Positions 7,797 through 18,496 are shown, counted from the first letter of the stretch. The stretch: DNA of 60,442 nucleotides from an uncultured Muribaculaceae bacterium (GCA_910584185.1 CAJTYC010000002.1:1-60442), one strand, 5' to 3'. Notes: generated by a model not told the origin, from the sequence alone. A program made the numbers and translations.

Positions 7797-10700
7797 ATGA
7801 ATAATGACGAAACAATAAAGAAAGTACTTGTGCTCGGGTCGGGCGCATTGAAGATAGGTGAGGCCGGTGAGTTCGACTATTCGGGCAGCCAGGCCCTCAA
7901 GGCATTGCGTGAAGAGGGTATAGAGACTGTGCTGATCAACCCCAATATCGCTACGGTGCAGACTTCCGAAGGTGTTGCCGACCATATATATTTCCTGCCG
8001 GTGACTCCCGACTTCGTGGAGAAGGTGATAGCCCGCGAGCGTCCGCAGGGCATCATGCTCGCATTCGGCGGTCAGACAGCGCTTAACTGTGGCGTGGAGC
8101 TATTCCACAAGGGTGTGCTCGACAAGTATAACCTCAAGGTGCTCGGCACGCCGGTGCAGTCGATTATCGACACCGAAGACCGCGAGATATTTGTGGACAA
8201 ACTTAATGAGATAGATGTAAAGACCATTGACTCAGTGGCCTGCGATAACAAGGAGGATGCACTAAAGGCAGCTGAACAGCTCGGGTATCCCGTGATTCTG
8301 CGTGCGGCATACGCACTCGGAGGTCTCGGATCGGGCTTCTGCGATAACTCCGAGCAGCTCGTTAAGCTCGCCGAGAAGGCATTCTCTTTCTCTCCGCAGG
8401 TACTGGTGGAGAAAAGCCTAAAGGGTTGGAAAGAGGTGGAATATGAGGTGGTGCGCGACAGCTTCGACAACTGTATCACCGTCTGTAACATGGAGAACTT
8501 CGACCCGCTCGGTATCCATACCGGTGAGAGCATCGTGGTGGCACCTTCGCAGACACTCAGCAACTCAGAATATCACAAGCTTCGCGAGCTTTCAATACGC
8601 ATAGCCCGACATATCGGCATCGTGGGTGAGTGCAACGTGCAGTTTGCCCTTTGCCCTGACTCGGAAGATTACCGTGTGATTGAGGTGAACGCGCGTCTAT
8701 CGCGTTCGTCGGCCCTCGCGTCAAAGGCTACGGGATATCCCTTGGCATTCGTGGCCGCCAAGCTCGGCCTTGGTTACGGTCTGTTTGACTTGAAGAATTC
8801 CGTCACCAAGACCACTACCGCATTCTTTGAGCCGGCGCTCGACTATTGCGTGTGCAAGATACCGCGCTGGGACCTCGGTAAGTTCCATGGCGTGAACCGT
8901 GAGCTCGAATCGTCGATGAAGTCCGTGGGCGAGGTCATGGCAATAGGCCGCACATTTGAGGAGGCGATCCAGAAAGGTCTCCGCATGATTGGCCAGGGCA
9001 TGCATGGATTCGTGGAGAACAAGGAACTCGAAATTGAAGATATCGACGGTGCGCTGCATGCTCCTACCGACAAGCGCATATTCGTGATAGAGAAGGCATT
9101 TGACAATGGCTATACCGTAGACCAGATACATGACCTCACGAAGATAGACCGTTGGTTCCTGGAGAAACTTAAGGGAATCCATGAGACAGCCCGCGAGCTT
9201 AAGAATGCAGGCGGCCTCGAGGCGTTGCCCTCCAAGCTGCTCCGCAAGGCCAAGAAGCAAGGCTTCTCCGACTTCCAGGTGGCACGTGCCATCGGCATGG
9301 AGAATGAGATGGATATTGAGAAGGCATGCCTCAAGGTGCGCGACCGCCGCAAGGCACTGGGCATCGTGCCCTGCGTGAAGCAGATTGACACGCTTGCCGG
9401 TGAATTCCCCGCTGCCACCAACTATCTGTATCTCACTTATGGCGGTAACCATAATGATATAGCTTATGAGCATGACCACAAATCGGTGGTGGTGCTCGGT
9501 TCAGGTGCTTACCGCATCGGAAGCTCGGTGGAGTTTGACTGGTGTGGAGTCCAGGCATTGGAGACAATCCGCAAGGAGGGTTATCGCTCGGTGATGGTCA
9601 ACTACAACCCTGAGACCGTCTCGACCGACTATGACATATGCGACCGTCTCTATTTCGACGAATTGACATTCGAGCGCGTGCTCGACATCATAGACCTCGA
9701 GACACCCCATGGAGTGGTGGTCTCTACCGGTGGTCAGATACCCAACAACCTTGCCCTCAAACTCGACGAGCAGGGTGTGAACCTTCTCGGCACGAGCGCA
9801 CAGAGCATCGACAATGCCGAAGACCGCGAGAAATTCTCCGCCATGCTCGGCCGCATCGGCGTGGACCAGCCTGAATGGAGCGCGTTGACTTCGATGGATG
9901 ATATCAACAAGTTTGTCGAGAAGGTGGGCTTCCCTGTATTGGTGCGTCCGTCGTATGTGCTCTCGGGCGCCGCGATGAATGTATGCTACGACCGCGAGCA
10001 GCTTGAGACATTCCTAAAATTGGCGGCCAACGTGTCGAAGCGTCACCCGGTGGTGGTGAGCCAGTTCCTGGAGCATGCCAAGGAGGTGGAGATGGATGCT
10101 GTGGCCCAGAACGGTGAGATTATCGCTTATGCAATCTCTGAGCATGTGGAGTTTGCCGGTGTTCACTCTGGCGATGCCACCATACAGTTCCCTCCCCAGA
10201 AACTCTATGTGGAGACAGCACGCCGCATCAAGAAGATATCCAAGAAGATTGCCAAGCAGCTCAATATCAGCGGACCGTTCAATATACAGTTCCTCGCCCG
10301 CGACAATGATATCAAGGTGATAGAATGTAACCTGCGTGCATCTCGAAGCTTCCCCTTCGTTAGCAAGGTGCTTAAGATAAACTTCATCGAGCTTGCCACC
10401 CGCATCATGCTCGGCTTGCCGGTGAGCAAGCCCGACAAGAGCGTGTTCGACCTCGACTATGTGGGAGTGAAAGCGAGCCAGTTCTCGTTCAACCGCCTGC
10501 AGAAGGCAGACCCGAAGCTCGGTGTCGACATGGTGTCGACCGGCGAGGTGGGATGTCTCGGCGAGGATGCCCGTGCGGCATTGCTCACCTCGATGCTCTC
10601 GGTGGGCCAGCGCGTGCCCAAGAAGCGTGTGCTTCTCTCCACCGGCAACGGCAAGCAGAAAGCCGACATGCTGGCTGCCGCCAAGCTGTTGCGTCAGAAA

Positions 10701-11021
10701 GGTTATGAACTTTACGCCACTGACGGCACAAGCCGTCACCTTACGGAGAACGGCATAGAGAACACCCGTGTGTACTGGCCCGACGAGGAGGGTACACCCA
10801 AGGCTGTGGATATGCTCGACAATCATGAGATAGACTTTGTGGTTAATGTGCCGCGCAATCATAGCGCCAAGGAGGTGACCAACGGTTACCGCATACGCCG
10901 CACGGCCATAGACCGCAACATACCGCTGATTACCAACGCCCGTTTGGCATCGGCATTTATCAAGGCATTCTGTACCCTCAATCCCGACGATATCGAGATT
11001 AAGAGCTGGCAGGAATTTTAA
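7797..11021 (+). CDS. carB: Carbamoyl-phosphate synthase large subunit
   Basis: GSGALKIGEAGEFDYSG, two ATP-grasp halves (EVNARLSRSS, ECNLRASRS), C-terminal MGS domain. Confidence 0.97.
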   Translation: MNNDETIKKVLVLGSGALKIGEAGEFDYSGSQALKALREEGIETVLINPNIATVQTSEGVADHIYFLPVTPDFVEKVIARERPQGIMLAFGGQTALNCGVELFHKGVLDKYNLKVLGTPVQSIIDTEDREIFVDKLNEIDVKTIDSVACDNKEDALKAAEQLGYPVILRAAYALGGLGSGFCDNSEQLVKLAEKAFSFSPQVLVEKSLKGWKEVEYEVVRDSFDNCITVCNMENFDPLGIHTGESIVVAPSQTLSNSEYHKLRELSIRIARHIGIVGECNVQFALCPDSEDYRVIEVNARLSRSSALASKATGYPLAFVAAKLGLGYGLFDLKNSVTKTTTAFFEPALDYCVCKIPRWDLGKFHGVNRELESSMKSVGEVMAIGRTFEEAIQKGLRMIGQGMHGFVENKELEIEDIDGALHAPTDKRIFVIEKAFDNGYTVDQIHDLTKIDRWFLEKLKGIHETARELKNAGGLEALPSKLLRKAKKQGFSDFQVARAIGMENEMDIEKACLKVRDRRKALGIVPCVKQIDTLAGEFPAATNYLYLTYGGNHNDIAYEHDHKSVVVLGSGAYRIGSSVEFDWCGVQALETIRKEGYRSVMVNYNPETVSTDYDICDRLYFDELTFERVLDIIDLETPHGVVVSTGGQIPNNLALKLDEQGVNLLGTSAQSIDNAEDREKFSAMLGRIGVDQPEWSALTSMDDINKFVEKVGFPVLVRPSYVLSGAAMNVCYDREQLETFLKLAANVSKRHPVVVSQFLEHAKEVEMDAVAQNGEIIAYAISEHVEFAGVHSGDATIQFPPQKLYVETARRIKKISKKIAKQLNISGPFNIQFLARDNDIKVIECNLRASRSFPFVSKVLKINFIELATRIMLGLPVSKPDKSVFDLDYVGVKASQFSFNRLQKADPKLGVDMVSTGEVGCLGEDARAALLTSMLSVGQRVPKKRVLLSTGNGKQKADMLAAAKLLRQKGYELYATDGTSRHLTENGIENTRVYWPDEEGTPKAVDMLDNHEIDFVVNVPRNHSAKEVTNGYRIRRTAIDRNIPLITNARLASAFIKAFCTLNPDDIEIKSWQEF

Positions 11022-11030
11022 TGAAATCTT

Positions 11031-12296
11031 ATGGTAATAAAGAATGGGCAAGTATGGCTCGATGGAGGCTTCAGACAAGCCGACATAAGGGTCAGTGAAG
11101 GCAAGATAGAGAGCATCGCCGATGGCATTGTGCCATCGGCCGATGAATATGTGATTGATGCCGAGGGTGCAAGTGTGATTCCCGGATTGGTCGATGTGCA
11201 TGTGCATTTGCGTGAGCCGGGATATTCTTACAAGGAGACCATAGCCGACGGTTCGTTGGCTGCCGCTCATGGAGGCTTCACCACTGTATGCCCTATGCCC
11301 AACCTGAATCCCGCACCCGACACCCTGGAGCATCTTCAGCAGGAGCTCGACATGATAGAGCGTGATGCCTGCATAGAGGTGCTGCCGTATGCCACCATCA
11401 CGAAGCTCCGCATGGGCAATGAGCTTGTAGACTATGCGGCAATGGCCGACAAAGTGGCCGGTTTCTCCGACGACGGCACAGGAGTGCAAGATGCCGATGT
11501 GATGCGCGAGGCGATGGCCGGCATAGCGAAGACCGGCAAGGTGCTTGCGGCGCATTGTGAGGTCAACGAGTTGCTTCGCGGCGGTTACATACATGACGGT
11601 GCATATGCAGCGGAGCATGGTCACCGCGGCATATGCTCAGAGAGTGAATGGCGTGAGGTGGAACGAGACATAGAGTTGGCGCGTGCCACCGGATGCCGTC
11701 TGCATATATGCCATGTCTCCACCAAGGAGAGTGTGGAGCTGGTGCGCCGTGCCAAGGCCGAGGGCTTACCTGTCACATGCGAGACAGGTGCCCATTACCT
11801 CGTCTTCTGCGAGGAAGATTTGCAGGAAGATGGGCGCTTCAAGATGAACCCTCCGCTGCGAGGCCGCGATGATAAGGAAGCGCTGCTGCGCGGTGTGGCC
11901 GACGGCACCATAGACTGCATCGCATCAGACCATGCACCTCATAGCGCTGACGAGAAGAGCCGAGGGTTGGAGAAGAGCGCCATGGGCGTGACCGGCATCG
12001 AGCTTTCGCTGCCCGCTGTCTATACGTATGCTGTGCTTCCGGGGCATATCTCGTTCGAGCGCATGATAGAGCTGATGGCGCACTCACCCCGGCGCATATT
12101 TGGAATAGAGGGTGATATAGAGATAGGGGCACGGGCAGATCTCGCAGTGGTCGACTTCAACGAAGAGTTTGAGGTCGAGCCGGAGATGTTCCTCAGCAAA
12201 GGTAAGTCCACGCCATTTCTCCATAACAAACTTAAAGGCAAGGTGAAGTATACCATTGCCAACGGAAAGATAGCATATGATTCAACAAAATATTGA
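11031..12296 (+). CDS. pyrC: Dihydroorotase (long, Bacillus-like type)
   Basis: DVHVHLREPG, MPNLNP, HICHVST, KMNPPLR, ASDHAPH. Confidence 0.93.
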   Translation: MVIKNGQVWLDGGFRQADIRVSEGKIESIADGIVPSADEYVIDAEGASVIPGLVDVHVHLREPGYSYKETIADGSLAAAHGGFTTVCPMPNLNPAPDTLEHLQQELDMIERDACIEVLPYATITKLRMGNELVDYAAMADKVAGFSDDGTGVQDADVMREAMAGIAKTGKVLAAHCEVNELLRGGYIHDGAYAAEHGHRGICSESEWREVERDIELARATGCRLHICHVSTKESVELVRRAKAEGLPVTCETGAHYLVFCEEDLQEDGRFKMNPPLRGRDDKEALLRGVADGTIDCIASDHAPHSADEKSRGLEKSAMGVTGIELSLPAVYTYAVLPGHISFERMIELMAHSPRRIFGIEGDIEIGARADLAVVDFNEEFEVEPEMFLSKGKSTPFLHNKLKGKVKYTIANGKIAYDSTKY

Positions 12297-13029
12297 TACG
12301 AGATATGTAGTGGCCGACAATCGATGGATCGGCAAGAACACCATGATGATGCTTCTTGAGGGTCCTACCGGTCACTTCACGGCTCCGGGACAATTTGTCA
12401 ACATCGCCGTGCCCGGCTTCACGCTTCGTCGCCCCATATCGGTCTGCGATATACAGGGCGATATGCTCACCATTGTCTATGACGTGGTGGGACATGGCAC
12501 AGATGCGTTGTCAAAGCTCAAACCGGGTGAAGTGCTCGATGTGTTGCCGGCACTCGGCAATGGCTTCGACATGTCGAAATGTGGCGAACGTCCGGTGCTG
12601 TTGGGTGGCGGTGTAGGTTGCCCTCCCATCTACAGTCTTGCCAAAAATCTATTGGAAAAGGATATACTCCCCACCGTAATCTTGGGTTTCAATTCTGATG
12701 ACCGCATGATTATGATCGAGCAGTTTGAGAATCTTGACGTGCCATTCTATGTGGCCACAGTCGATGGCTCATATGGTCAGAAAGGATTTGTGACCGATGT
12801 GATGAAGGTGGAGAATATTGACTGCGACTACTTCTACGCCTGCGGGCCGCTGCCGATGCTCAAGGCACTTTGCTCGCAACTCAGCATACCCGGTCAGGTG
12901 AGCCTTGAGGCAAGAATGGCCTGCGGCTTCGGAGTCTGCATGTGCTGTTCGATTGAAAACCGCAACGGTGCCAAGCGCATATGCAAGGATGGTCCGGTGT
13001 TTGATAAGGAGGATTTGATATGGAAGTGA
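12277..13029 (+). CDS. pyrK: Dihydroorotate dehydrogenase electron transfer subunit
   Basis: PGQFVNI, RRPIS, GGGVG, ACGPLPM, 2Fe-2S motif MACGFGVCMCC...ICKDGPVF. Confidence 0.93.
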   Translation: MIQQNIDTRYVVADNRWIGKNTMMMLLEGPTGHFTAPGQFVNIAVPGFTLRRPISVCDIQGDMLTIVYDVVGHGTDALSKLKPGEVLDVLPALGNGFDMSKCGERPVLLGGGVGCPPIYSLAKNLLEKDILPTVILGFNSDDRMIMIEQFENLDVPFYVATVDGSYGQKGFVTDVMKVENIDCDYFYACGPLPMLKALCSQLSIPGQVSLEARMACGFGVCMCCSIENRNGAKRICKDGPVFDKEDLIWK

Positions 13030-13943
13030 ACAAGAAGGATACTTTAGCCAATCCGCTTGCAGTGGAGGTGGCCGGCGTGGAGTTGAAAAACCCGGTTATT
13101 CCCGCCAGCGGTTGTTTCGGTTACGGCTATGGCATGACCGACTATTATGATGTAGATATACTTGGTTCTATATCGTTTAAGGGCACTACGCTGCACCCCC
13201 GCTTCGGCAATCCTCTGCCGAGAGTTGCAGAGTGTACTGCCGGAATGATCAATTCGGTGGGGCTCCAGAATCCGGGTATAGATGCTGTGATAGCTGAGGA
13301 GCTGCCCAGGATGCGCGAGGTGTTTCATGGGCCTATCATAGCCAATATCAGCGGTTTCGCAATAGAAGAATACACCGAATGCTGCCGCAAGATTACAGGC
13401 GAGAAGCAGGTGGAGATAATTGAGCTTAACGTGAGTTGTCCCAACGTGCATGGTGGCGGCATGAGTTTCGGCACAAGCGCGAAGTCGGTGGCTGAGGTTG
13501 TTACGGCTGTCAAGAAAGTCACCACATTGCCGTTGGTGATAAAGCTGACTCCCAATGTCACCGATATCGTGGAGATTGCCAAGGCGGCAGAAGGTGCGGG
13601 TGCGGATGGACTTTGCCTTATCAACACCATGCTCGGCATGCGTATCGACTTGAAGACACGCAAGCCGGTGGTGGCCAACGTGATGGGTGGATTTTCCGGT
13701 CAGGCAGTTTTCCCGGTGGCAGTAAGGATGGTCTATCAGGTGAGCAACGCTTGCAGCATACCGGTGATAGGTTGTGGCGGTGTTAGCAGCGCCGAAGATG
13801 TGCTTGAGATGATGATGGCCGGAGCAAAGGCAGTGGAGGTCGGCACAGCCAACCTTATCAACCCCTGGGCTTGCCGCGACATTATAAAGGCACTCCCCTC
13901 TGCAATGGCTAAATATGGCATAAACTCACTACGTGAACTTTAA
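13020..13943 (+). CDS. pyrD: Dihydroorotate dehydrogenase (family 1B) catalytic subunit
   Basis: ASGCFGYG, NSVGLQNPG, ELNVSCPN, KLTPNVTDI, INTMLGM. Confidence 0.95.
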   Translation: MEVNKKDTLANPLAVEVAGVELKNPVIPASGCFGYGYGMTDYYDVDILGSISFKGTTLHPRFGNPLPRVAECTAGMINSVGLQNPGIDAVIAEELPRMREVFHGPIIANISGFAIEEYTECCRKITGEKQVEIIELNVSCPNVHGGGMSFGTSAKSVAEVVTAVKKVTTLPLVIKLTPNVTDIVEIAKAAEGAGADGLCLINTMLGMRIDLKTRKPVVANVMGGFSGQAVFPVAVRMVYQVSNACSIPVIGCGGVSSAEDVLEMMMAGAKAVEVGTANLINPWACRDIIKALPSAMAKYGINSLREL

Positions 13944-13959
13944 GATTTATAATTAAAAA

Positions 13960-13994
13960 TTTAAAATTTAAAATTTAAAATTTAAAATTTAAAA
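13960..13994. repeat. Heptamer microsatellite (TTTAAAA)x5, pyrD-pyrF spacer
   Basis: Five perfect copies read directly; a ctcataacga repeat follows near 14047-14070. Confidence 0.9.
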
Positions 13995-14088
13995 TAGCAG
14001 AGCCAATGATATAGAGGTGAAAATGCAGCTTTTCTAAGCTAAATACCTCATAACGACTCATAACGACTCTGACCTAATACTTATATTT

Positions 14089-14796
14089 ATGAATAGAGAT
14101 GTGATAATAGCGTGCGACTTCGCGACGCCTGAGGCTACCCTCGAGTTTCTTGACAAGTTTAAGGATGAGAAGCCTTTCATCAAGATAGGCATGGAACTTT
14201 TCTATGCAGGCGGTCCCGATATTGTCCGTGAGCTTCGCAAGCGTGGCCATAAGATTTTCCTCGACCTTAAGCTTCACGACATACCCAACACTGTGAAGAA
14301 GGCAATGAAAGTGTTGTCGCGTCTTGATGTGGATATGGTAAACGTGCATGCGGCCGGCACCATAGAGATGATGCGCGCTGCACTCGAAGGCCTGAAAGAG
14401 GGCCGCGAAGATGGCACACGTCCATTGATTATCGCGGTAACTCAGCTCACCAGCACATCAGAAGAGGCGCTTCACAAGCAGCTGCTCATCGATGCTTCTG
14501 TCAACGACACCATAGCGCAGTATGCCCGCAATGCCAAGGAGGCTGGCCTCGACGGAGTGGTCTGCTCACCCCTTGAGGCAGGTCTTGTAAAGGAGGCTTG
14601 CGGATCGGAATTCATGGCAGTGACACCCGGTATACGCTATCCGGATGCCGCCAAGGATGACCAAAGCCGCATCACCTCGCCGGCCAAGGCCCGCGAGATT
14701 GGCTCCGACTTCATCGTGGTGGGCCGTCCTATCACAGCTGCTCCCGACCCGGTGGCAGCTTACCGTCGTTGCTGCGCCGACTTCATTGGCGAGTAA
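14089..14796 (+). CDS. pyrF: Orotidine-5'-phosphate decarboxylase
   Basis: [37 protein letters not shown]. Confidence 0.96.
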   Translation: MNRDVIIACDFATPEATLEFLDKFKDEKPFIKIGMELFYAGGPDIVRELRKRGHKIFLDLKLHDIPNTVKKAMKVLSRLDVDMVNVHAAGTIEMMRAALEGLKEGREDGTRPLIIAVTQLTSTSEEALHKQLLIDASVNDTIAQYARNAKEAGLDGVVCSPLEAGLVKEACGSEFMAVTPGIRYPDAAKDDQSRITSPAKAREIGSDFIVVGRPITAAPDPVAAYRRCCADFIGE

Positions 14797-14853
14797 GTCA
14801 AGTGTTAAGTCATAGTTATTAGTTATGAAGTGACTGGCTTAAAGATTAATAAG

Positions 14854-14926
14854 CTGATAAGCTCGCAAACTGATAAGCTCGCAAACTGATAAGCTCGCAA
14901 ACAAATAAACTGATAAACAAATAAAC
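14854..14926. repeat. 16-bp tandem repeat (CTGATAAGCTCGCAAA)x3 plus degenerate 8-mers, pyrF-pyrE spacer
   Basis: Copies at 14854, 14870 and 14886; GCAA-tetraloop hairpin at 14929-14948 follows. Confidence 0.88.
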
Positions 14927-14957
14927 CGTCATGTCCGCAAGGACATGATTAAAAGAT

Positions 14958-15593
14958 ATGAAAGAGAAAGAGATAGCAAAAGCATTGCTGGGCATAAAGG
15001 CTGTGTTTCTCAGCCCCGACAAGCCATTCACATGGGCAAGTGGTATAAAGAGCCCGATATATTGCGACAATCGCCTTATCCTCACGGCACCTGAAGCCCG
15101 CAACTTGGTGGAGCAGACCATCGCAGAGACTGTGAAGGAGAAATATCCGCAGGCAGAGGTGCTTATGGGCACCAGCACCGCCGGAATCGCCCACGCAGCC
15201 ATCGCAGCTCACTTGCTCGGCATGCCTATGGGTTATGTGCGCGGATCTGCAAAGGACCATGGCCGTAACAACCGTATAGAGGGTAAGCTCGAGCCGGGTC
15301 AGAAAGTCGTGGTGATTGAAGACCTTATCTCTACGGGCGGCAGCTGCATTGACGTGGTCGAGGCATTGCGCGAAGCCGGTGCAGACGTGCTCGGAGTGGT
15401 GTCTATTTTCACATACGGCATGAAGAAAGGTCTCGAGAGACTCGCGGCAGCAAATGTGGAGAACACATCGCTGAGCAACTTCGACACCCTCGTGCAGGTA
15501 GCAGCCGAAGAAAACTACATCAAGGCAGAGGATGTGGAGCGCCTCAAGAAATTCATGGCCAATCCCTCCGACGAATCCTGGATGAATAAATAG
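14958..15593 (+). CDS. pyrE: Orotate phosphoribosyltransferase
   Basis: PFTWASGIKSPIYCDNR, PRPP loop VVIEDLISTGGS. Confidence 0.96.
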   Translation: MKEKEIAKALLGIKAVFLSPDKPFTWASGIKSPIYCDNRLILTAPEARNLVEQTIAETVKEKYPQAEVLMGTSTAGIAHAAIAAHLLGMPMGYVRGSAKDHGRNNRIEGKLEPGQKVVVIEDLISTGGSCIDVVEALREAGADVLGVVSIFTYGMKKGLERLAAANVENTSLSNFDTLVQVAAEENYIKAEDVERLKKFMANPSDESWMNK

Positions 15594-15650
15594 ACAAAAA
15601 TTATTCATCACCAGTTATTAATTATTCATTATTCATTATTACTTAGAATC

Positions 15651-16739
15651 ATGCGGCATCTGATAGATCCTTCCGACCTTAGCCTGGAAGAACTTAATGA
15701 GATAATCGACCTGGCGTGCGACATCATTGCCGACCGTCAGAAGTATGCAGAGGTGTGCAAGGGCAAAAAACTTGCCACGCTCTTCTATGAACCCTCCACG
15801 CGCACGCGCCTGAGCTTCACGGCGGCGATGATGGAACTTGGCGGCAATGTGCTTGGATTTTCCGATGCCAACAGCAGCTCGGTGAGCAAGGGAGAGACTG
15901 TTGCCGACACGACACGTGTGGTCAACAATTTCGCCGACATTATAGCCATGCGACATCCGGTGGAGGGTGCTCCGCTCGTGTCAGCTCTCAACTCGAGCAC
16001 ACCGGTGATAAATGCCGGCGACGGTTCGCATGCACATCCCACTCAGACACTCACCGACCTGCTCACCATCAAGCGAGAGATAGGTCGCTTTGAGAACCTT
16101 ACTGTGGGTTTCTGCGGAGACTTGAAGTTCGGACGCACCGTGCATTCGCTCATCAAGGCCCTCTCGAAATTCAAGAACATCAACATCGTGCTCATAGCCC
16201 CCGACGAACTTAAATTGCCGAGCTATGTGAAGCATGAGGTGTGCGACAAGCTCGGACTTCCCTACGAAGAGGTGAAGAGCCTCGAGGAGGTTATCGACAA
16301 GCTTGATGTGCTTTATATGACACGTGTGCAGAAAGAGCGTTTTCTTGACGAAGAAGAATATGACCGTGTTAAAGATTGCTTCGTGCTGACCGCCGACAAA
16401 CTGAAAAATGCGAAGCCCGAGATGCGCATACTTCACCCGCTCCCCCGTGTCAACGAGATAGCGGTAGATGTTGATGCCGACCCGCGTGCCGCCTACTTCC
16501 GCCAGGTGGAGAATGGCAAATTCGTGCGCATGGCGTTGATGCTCAAGCTGCTCGAGTGGGCAGATAAGCCCGAGAAGCACAAAGAGCTGCTGCGCGAAGA
16601 CGTGGTGCGAGGCGAGTATCGCTGCTCCAACCCCCGCTGCATCAGCAACACCGAAGCCTGCACCGAGTCGCTCTTCCGCCCCTCGGCCGACGGCAACGGA
16701 GTGCGCTGCGTATACTGCGAGTCACGCCCCGCAAAATAA
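15651..16739 (+). CDS. pyrB: Aspartate carbamoyltransferase catalytic chain with a fused C-terminal PyrI-like zinc domain
   Basis: [36 protein letters not shown]; tail CSNPRCIS...CVYCE. Confidence 0.93.
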   Translation: MRHLIDPSDLSLEELNEIIDLACDIIADRQKYAEVCKGKKLATLFYEPSTRTRLSFTAAMMELGGNVLGFSDANSSSVSKGETVADTTRVVNNFADIIAMRHPVEGAPLVSALNSSTPVINAGDGSHAHPTQTLTDLLTIKREIGRFENLTVGFCGDLKFGRTVHSLIKALSKFKNINIVLIAPDELKLPSYVKHEVCDKLGLPYEEVKSLEEVIDKLDVLYMTRVQKERFLDEEEYDRVKDCFVLTADKLKNAKPEMRILHPLPRVNEIAVDVDADPRAAYFRQVENGKFVRMALMLKLLEWADKPEKHKELLREDVVRGEYRCSNPRCISNTEACTESLFRPSADGNGVRCVYCESRPAK

Positions 16740-16741
16740 GC

Positions 16742-16830
16742 TAAGAGCCCGTCTCATAAAAATTGCAATTTCATTGCGTTCAAATAATGGCGACCTTTAA
16801 GGTCGCCATTATTTGTGAGAGGGTGCCTTT
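16742..16830. mobile_element. Possible MITE/REP-like element; its left end recurs at 60318
   Basis: taagagcccgtctcataaaaatt is 22/23 identical to 60318-60340; degenerate inverted copy tttgtgagaggg near 16812-16823. Confidence 0.4.
16781..16815. terminator. 35-bp near-perfect palindrome after the pyr operon
   Basis: caaataatggcgacct-tta-aggtcgccattatttg. Confidence 0.7.
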
Positions 16831-16990
16831 GGCTACGATTCAAGTAAAGAATGTATATAATAAGTGAGCTGTGTCAGACATTTATATGATTGACCCTCAC
16901 CACAAAAAAGATGATAGACCGTTGCATTTTGCGAATTGGCAAATTTGCTGATTTGCTGGTTTGTGCTGGTTTAGAATGTAAAAATTTTGT

Positions 16991-17078
16991 TTTACCCTTG
17001 AAAAGGTGTATATTTGCGCTTTATTTTACCCTTGAAAACGTGAATATGTAAAATATGTTATACCCTTGAAAACGTGTA
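16991..17078 (+). repeat. Three 20-bp quasi-palindromic motifs (TWTACCCTTGAAAASGTGWA) at 34-bp period, overlapping the ATPase promoter
   Basis: Copies start at 16991, 17025 and 17059; TATATTTG (-7 element) at 17009-17016. Confidence 0.85.
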
Positions 17079-17086
17079 AGAAGAGT

Positions 17087-18433
17087 ATGAGAAGAAAGAT
17101 ATACAATGATTTACTTGAGTGGAAAGACCGCAAAGGTAAGTCTGCCCTTCTGATAAAAGGGGCGAGACGAGTTGGCAAAAGTTACATTGCGGAGCAATTC
17201 GGTAGGGAACATTATGAAACATTCATAAAAGTGGACTTCAATGATATCTCAGGAGAGAACTTAAATTTGATTTTGGATACCCTTCATGACTGAGACAGAT
17301 TATTCCAATATCTTCAACTAATATATAATACAAAACTGCATGAAAGAAAGTCGTTGATAATATTTGATGAGGTTCAAGAGTGCCCCAAAGTGCGTGCTGC
17401 CATAAAGTATTTGGTAGCCGACGGCAGGTATGACTTTGTGGAGACAGGCTCATTGATGTCAATAAGAAAGAATACAGAAAAAATCATAATCCCTTCAGAG
17501 GAAGAACATATCAATATGTACCCCATGGATTTTGAAGAATATCTATGGGCCAATAATGAAGATATGCTCGTAAGCTTTATAAAAGATTGTTATATTAGTC
17601 GTAAATCTGTGCCCGATGCTATCCATCGAAAAATCATGCGTTTTTTCATCGAATACATGATTGTTGGTGGAATGCCTCAGGTAGTTAACGAATTTCTTTC
17701 AACCAAGGATTTCAATGCGGCCGATAGAGAGAAAAACACGATATTAACCTTATATCGTGGTGATATAGCCAAACATGCAGGAGTTCATACATTGAAAGTG
17801 GAGAGCATATTCGACTCAATACCATCCCAGCTGTCAAAGCATAAAAAGAAATTTAGGCTTGCATCACTTTCTGAATCGGCGAGAATGAGAGAATACGTTG
17901 AGCCGTTCACATGGCTTAAGGATGCTCGCTTTGTAAATTTATGTTTCGCAAGCACTGAGCCAAGTATAGGACTTGAAATTAATGCTGATAGGACGGCCAT
18001 CAAATGTTATATGGGTGATACAGGACTCCTTTATGCTCTCGCATTCTCCAGCGTTGAAGAAAAAAATGATGTATATAAGAAAATAATATTGGGAAAACTC
18101 TCAGTGAATAATGGCATGTTCATGGAAAATATCGTGGCGCAGATGCTGACAACCAACAAGCATAAATTATTCTTTTATTCCAATCCTGACAGGGAGAACA
18201 AGTATAATCGAATGGAGTTGGACTTTCTTTTGCCTAAAAGCAAAATCACAAGTAGGCATAATATAAATTTTATTGAGGTCAAGTCAGGTACGAGATACAA
18301 TTTGACATCGCTTGAAAAAGCCATGAAAAAATATGCTAATGAAATGAATCAGGCCATTGTGCTACATCCTGGTAATCTGCGTTTTGAAAATAATATCCTC
18401 TATTTGCCGACTTACATGGCGTTCTTGTTGTAA
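17087..18433 (+). pseudogene. AAA ATPase with DUF4143-type / PD-(D/E)xK C-terminus, interrupted by an in-frame TGA at 17291-17293
   Basis: Walker A GARRVGKS and Walker B IIFDEVQ are in the same frame either side of the stop; MYPMDFEE, GGMPQ, ELDFLL...FIEVKSG; visibly AT-rich. Confidence 0.85.
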
Positions 18434-18496
18434 CCGGCCAACAGGTGCTTGTAATCGAACCGCTTGCCTAACTTATAATCCTTTTGGATTTTCAGG

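Noticed and set aside
10014..11624. Long antisense ORFs (536 aa here; also 41772-43139, 27793-28692, 51327-52178 and others)
   Set aside because: They shadow well-conserved genes on the opposite strand, as expected from codon bias, and show no recognisable motifs
17291..17293. Selenocysteine or recoded TGA
   Set aside because: Other genes here end normally in TGA, no SECIS-like hairpin is evident, and the position is not catalytic
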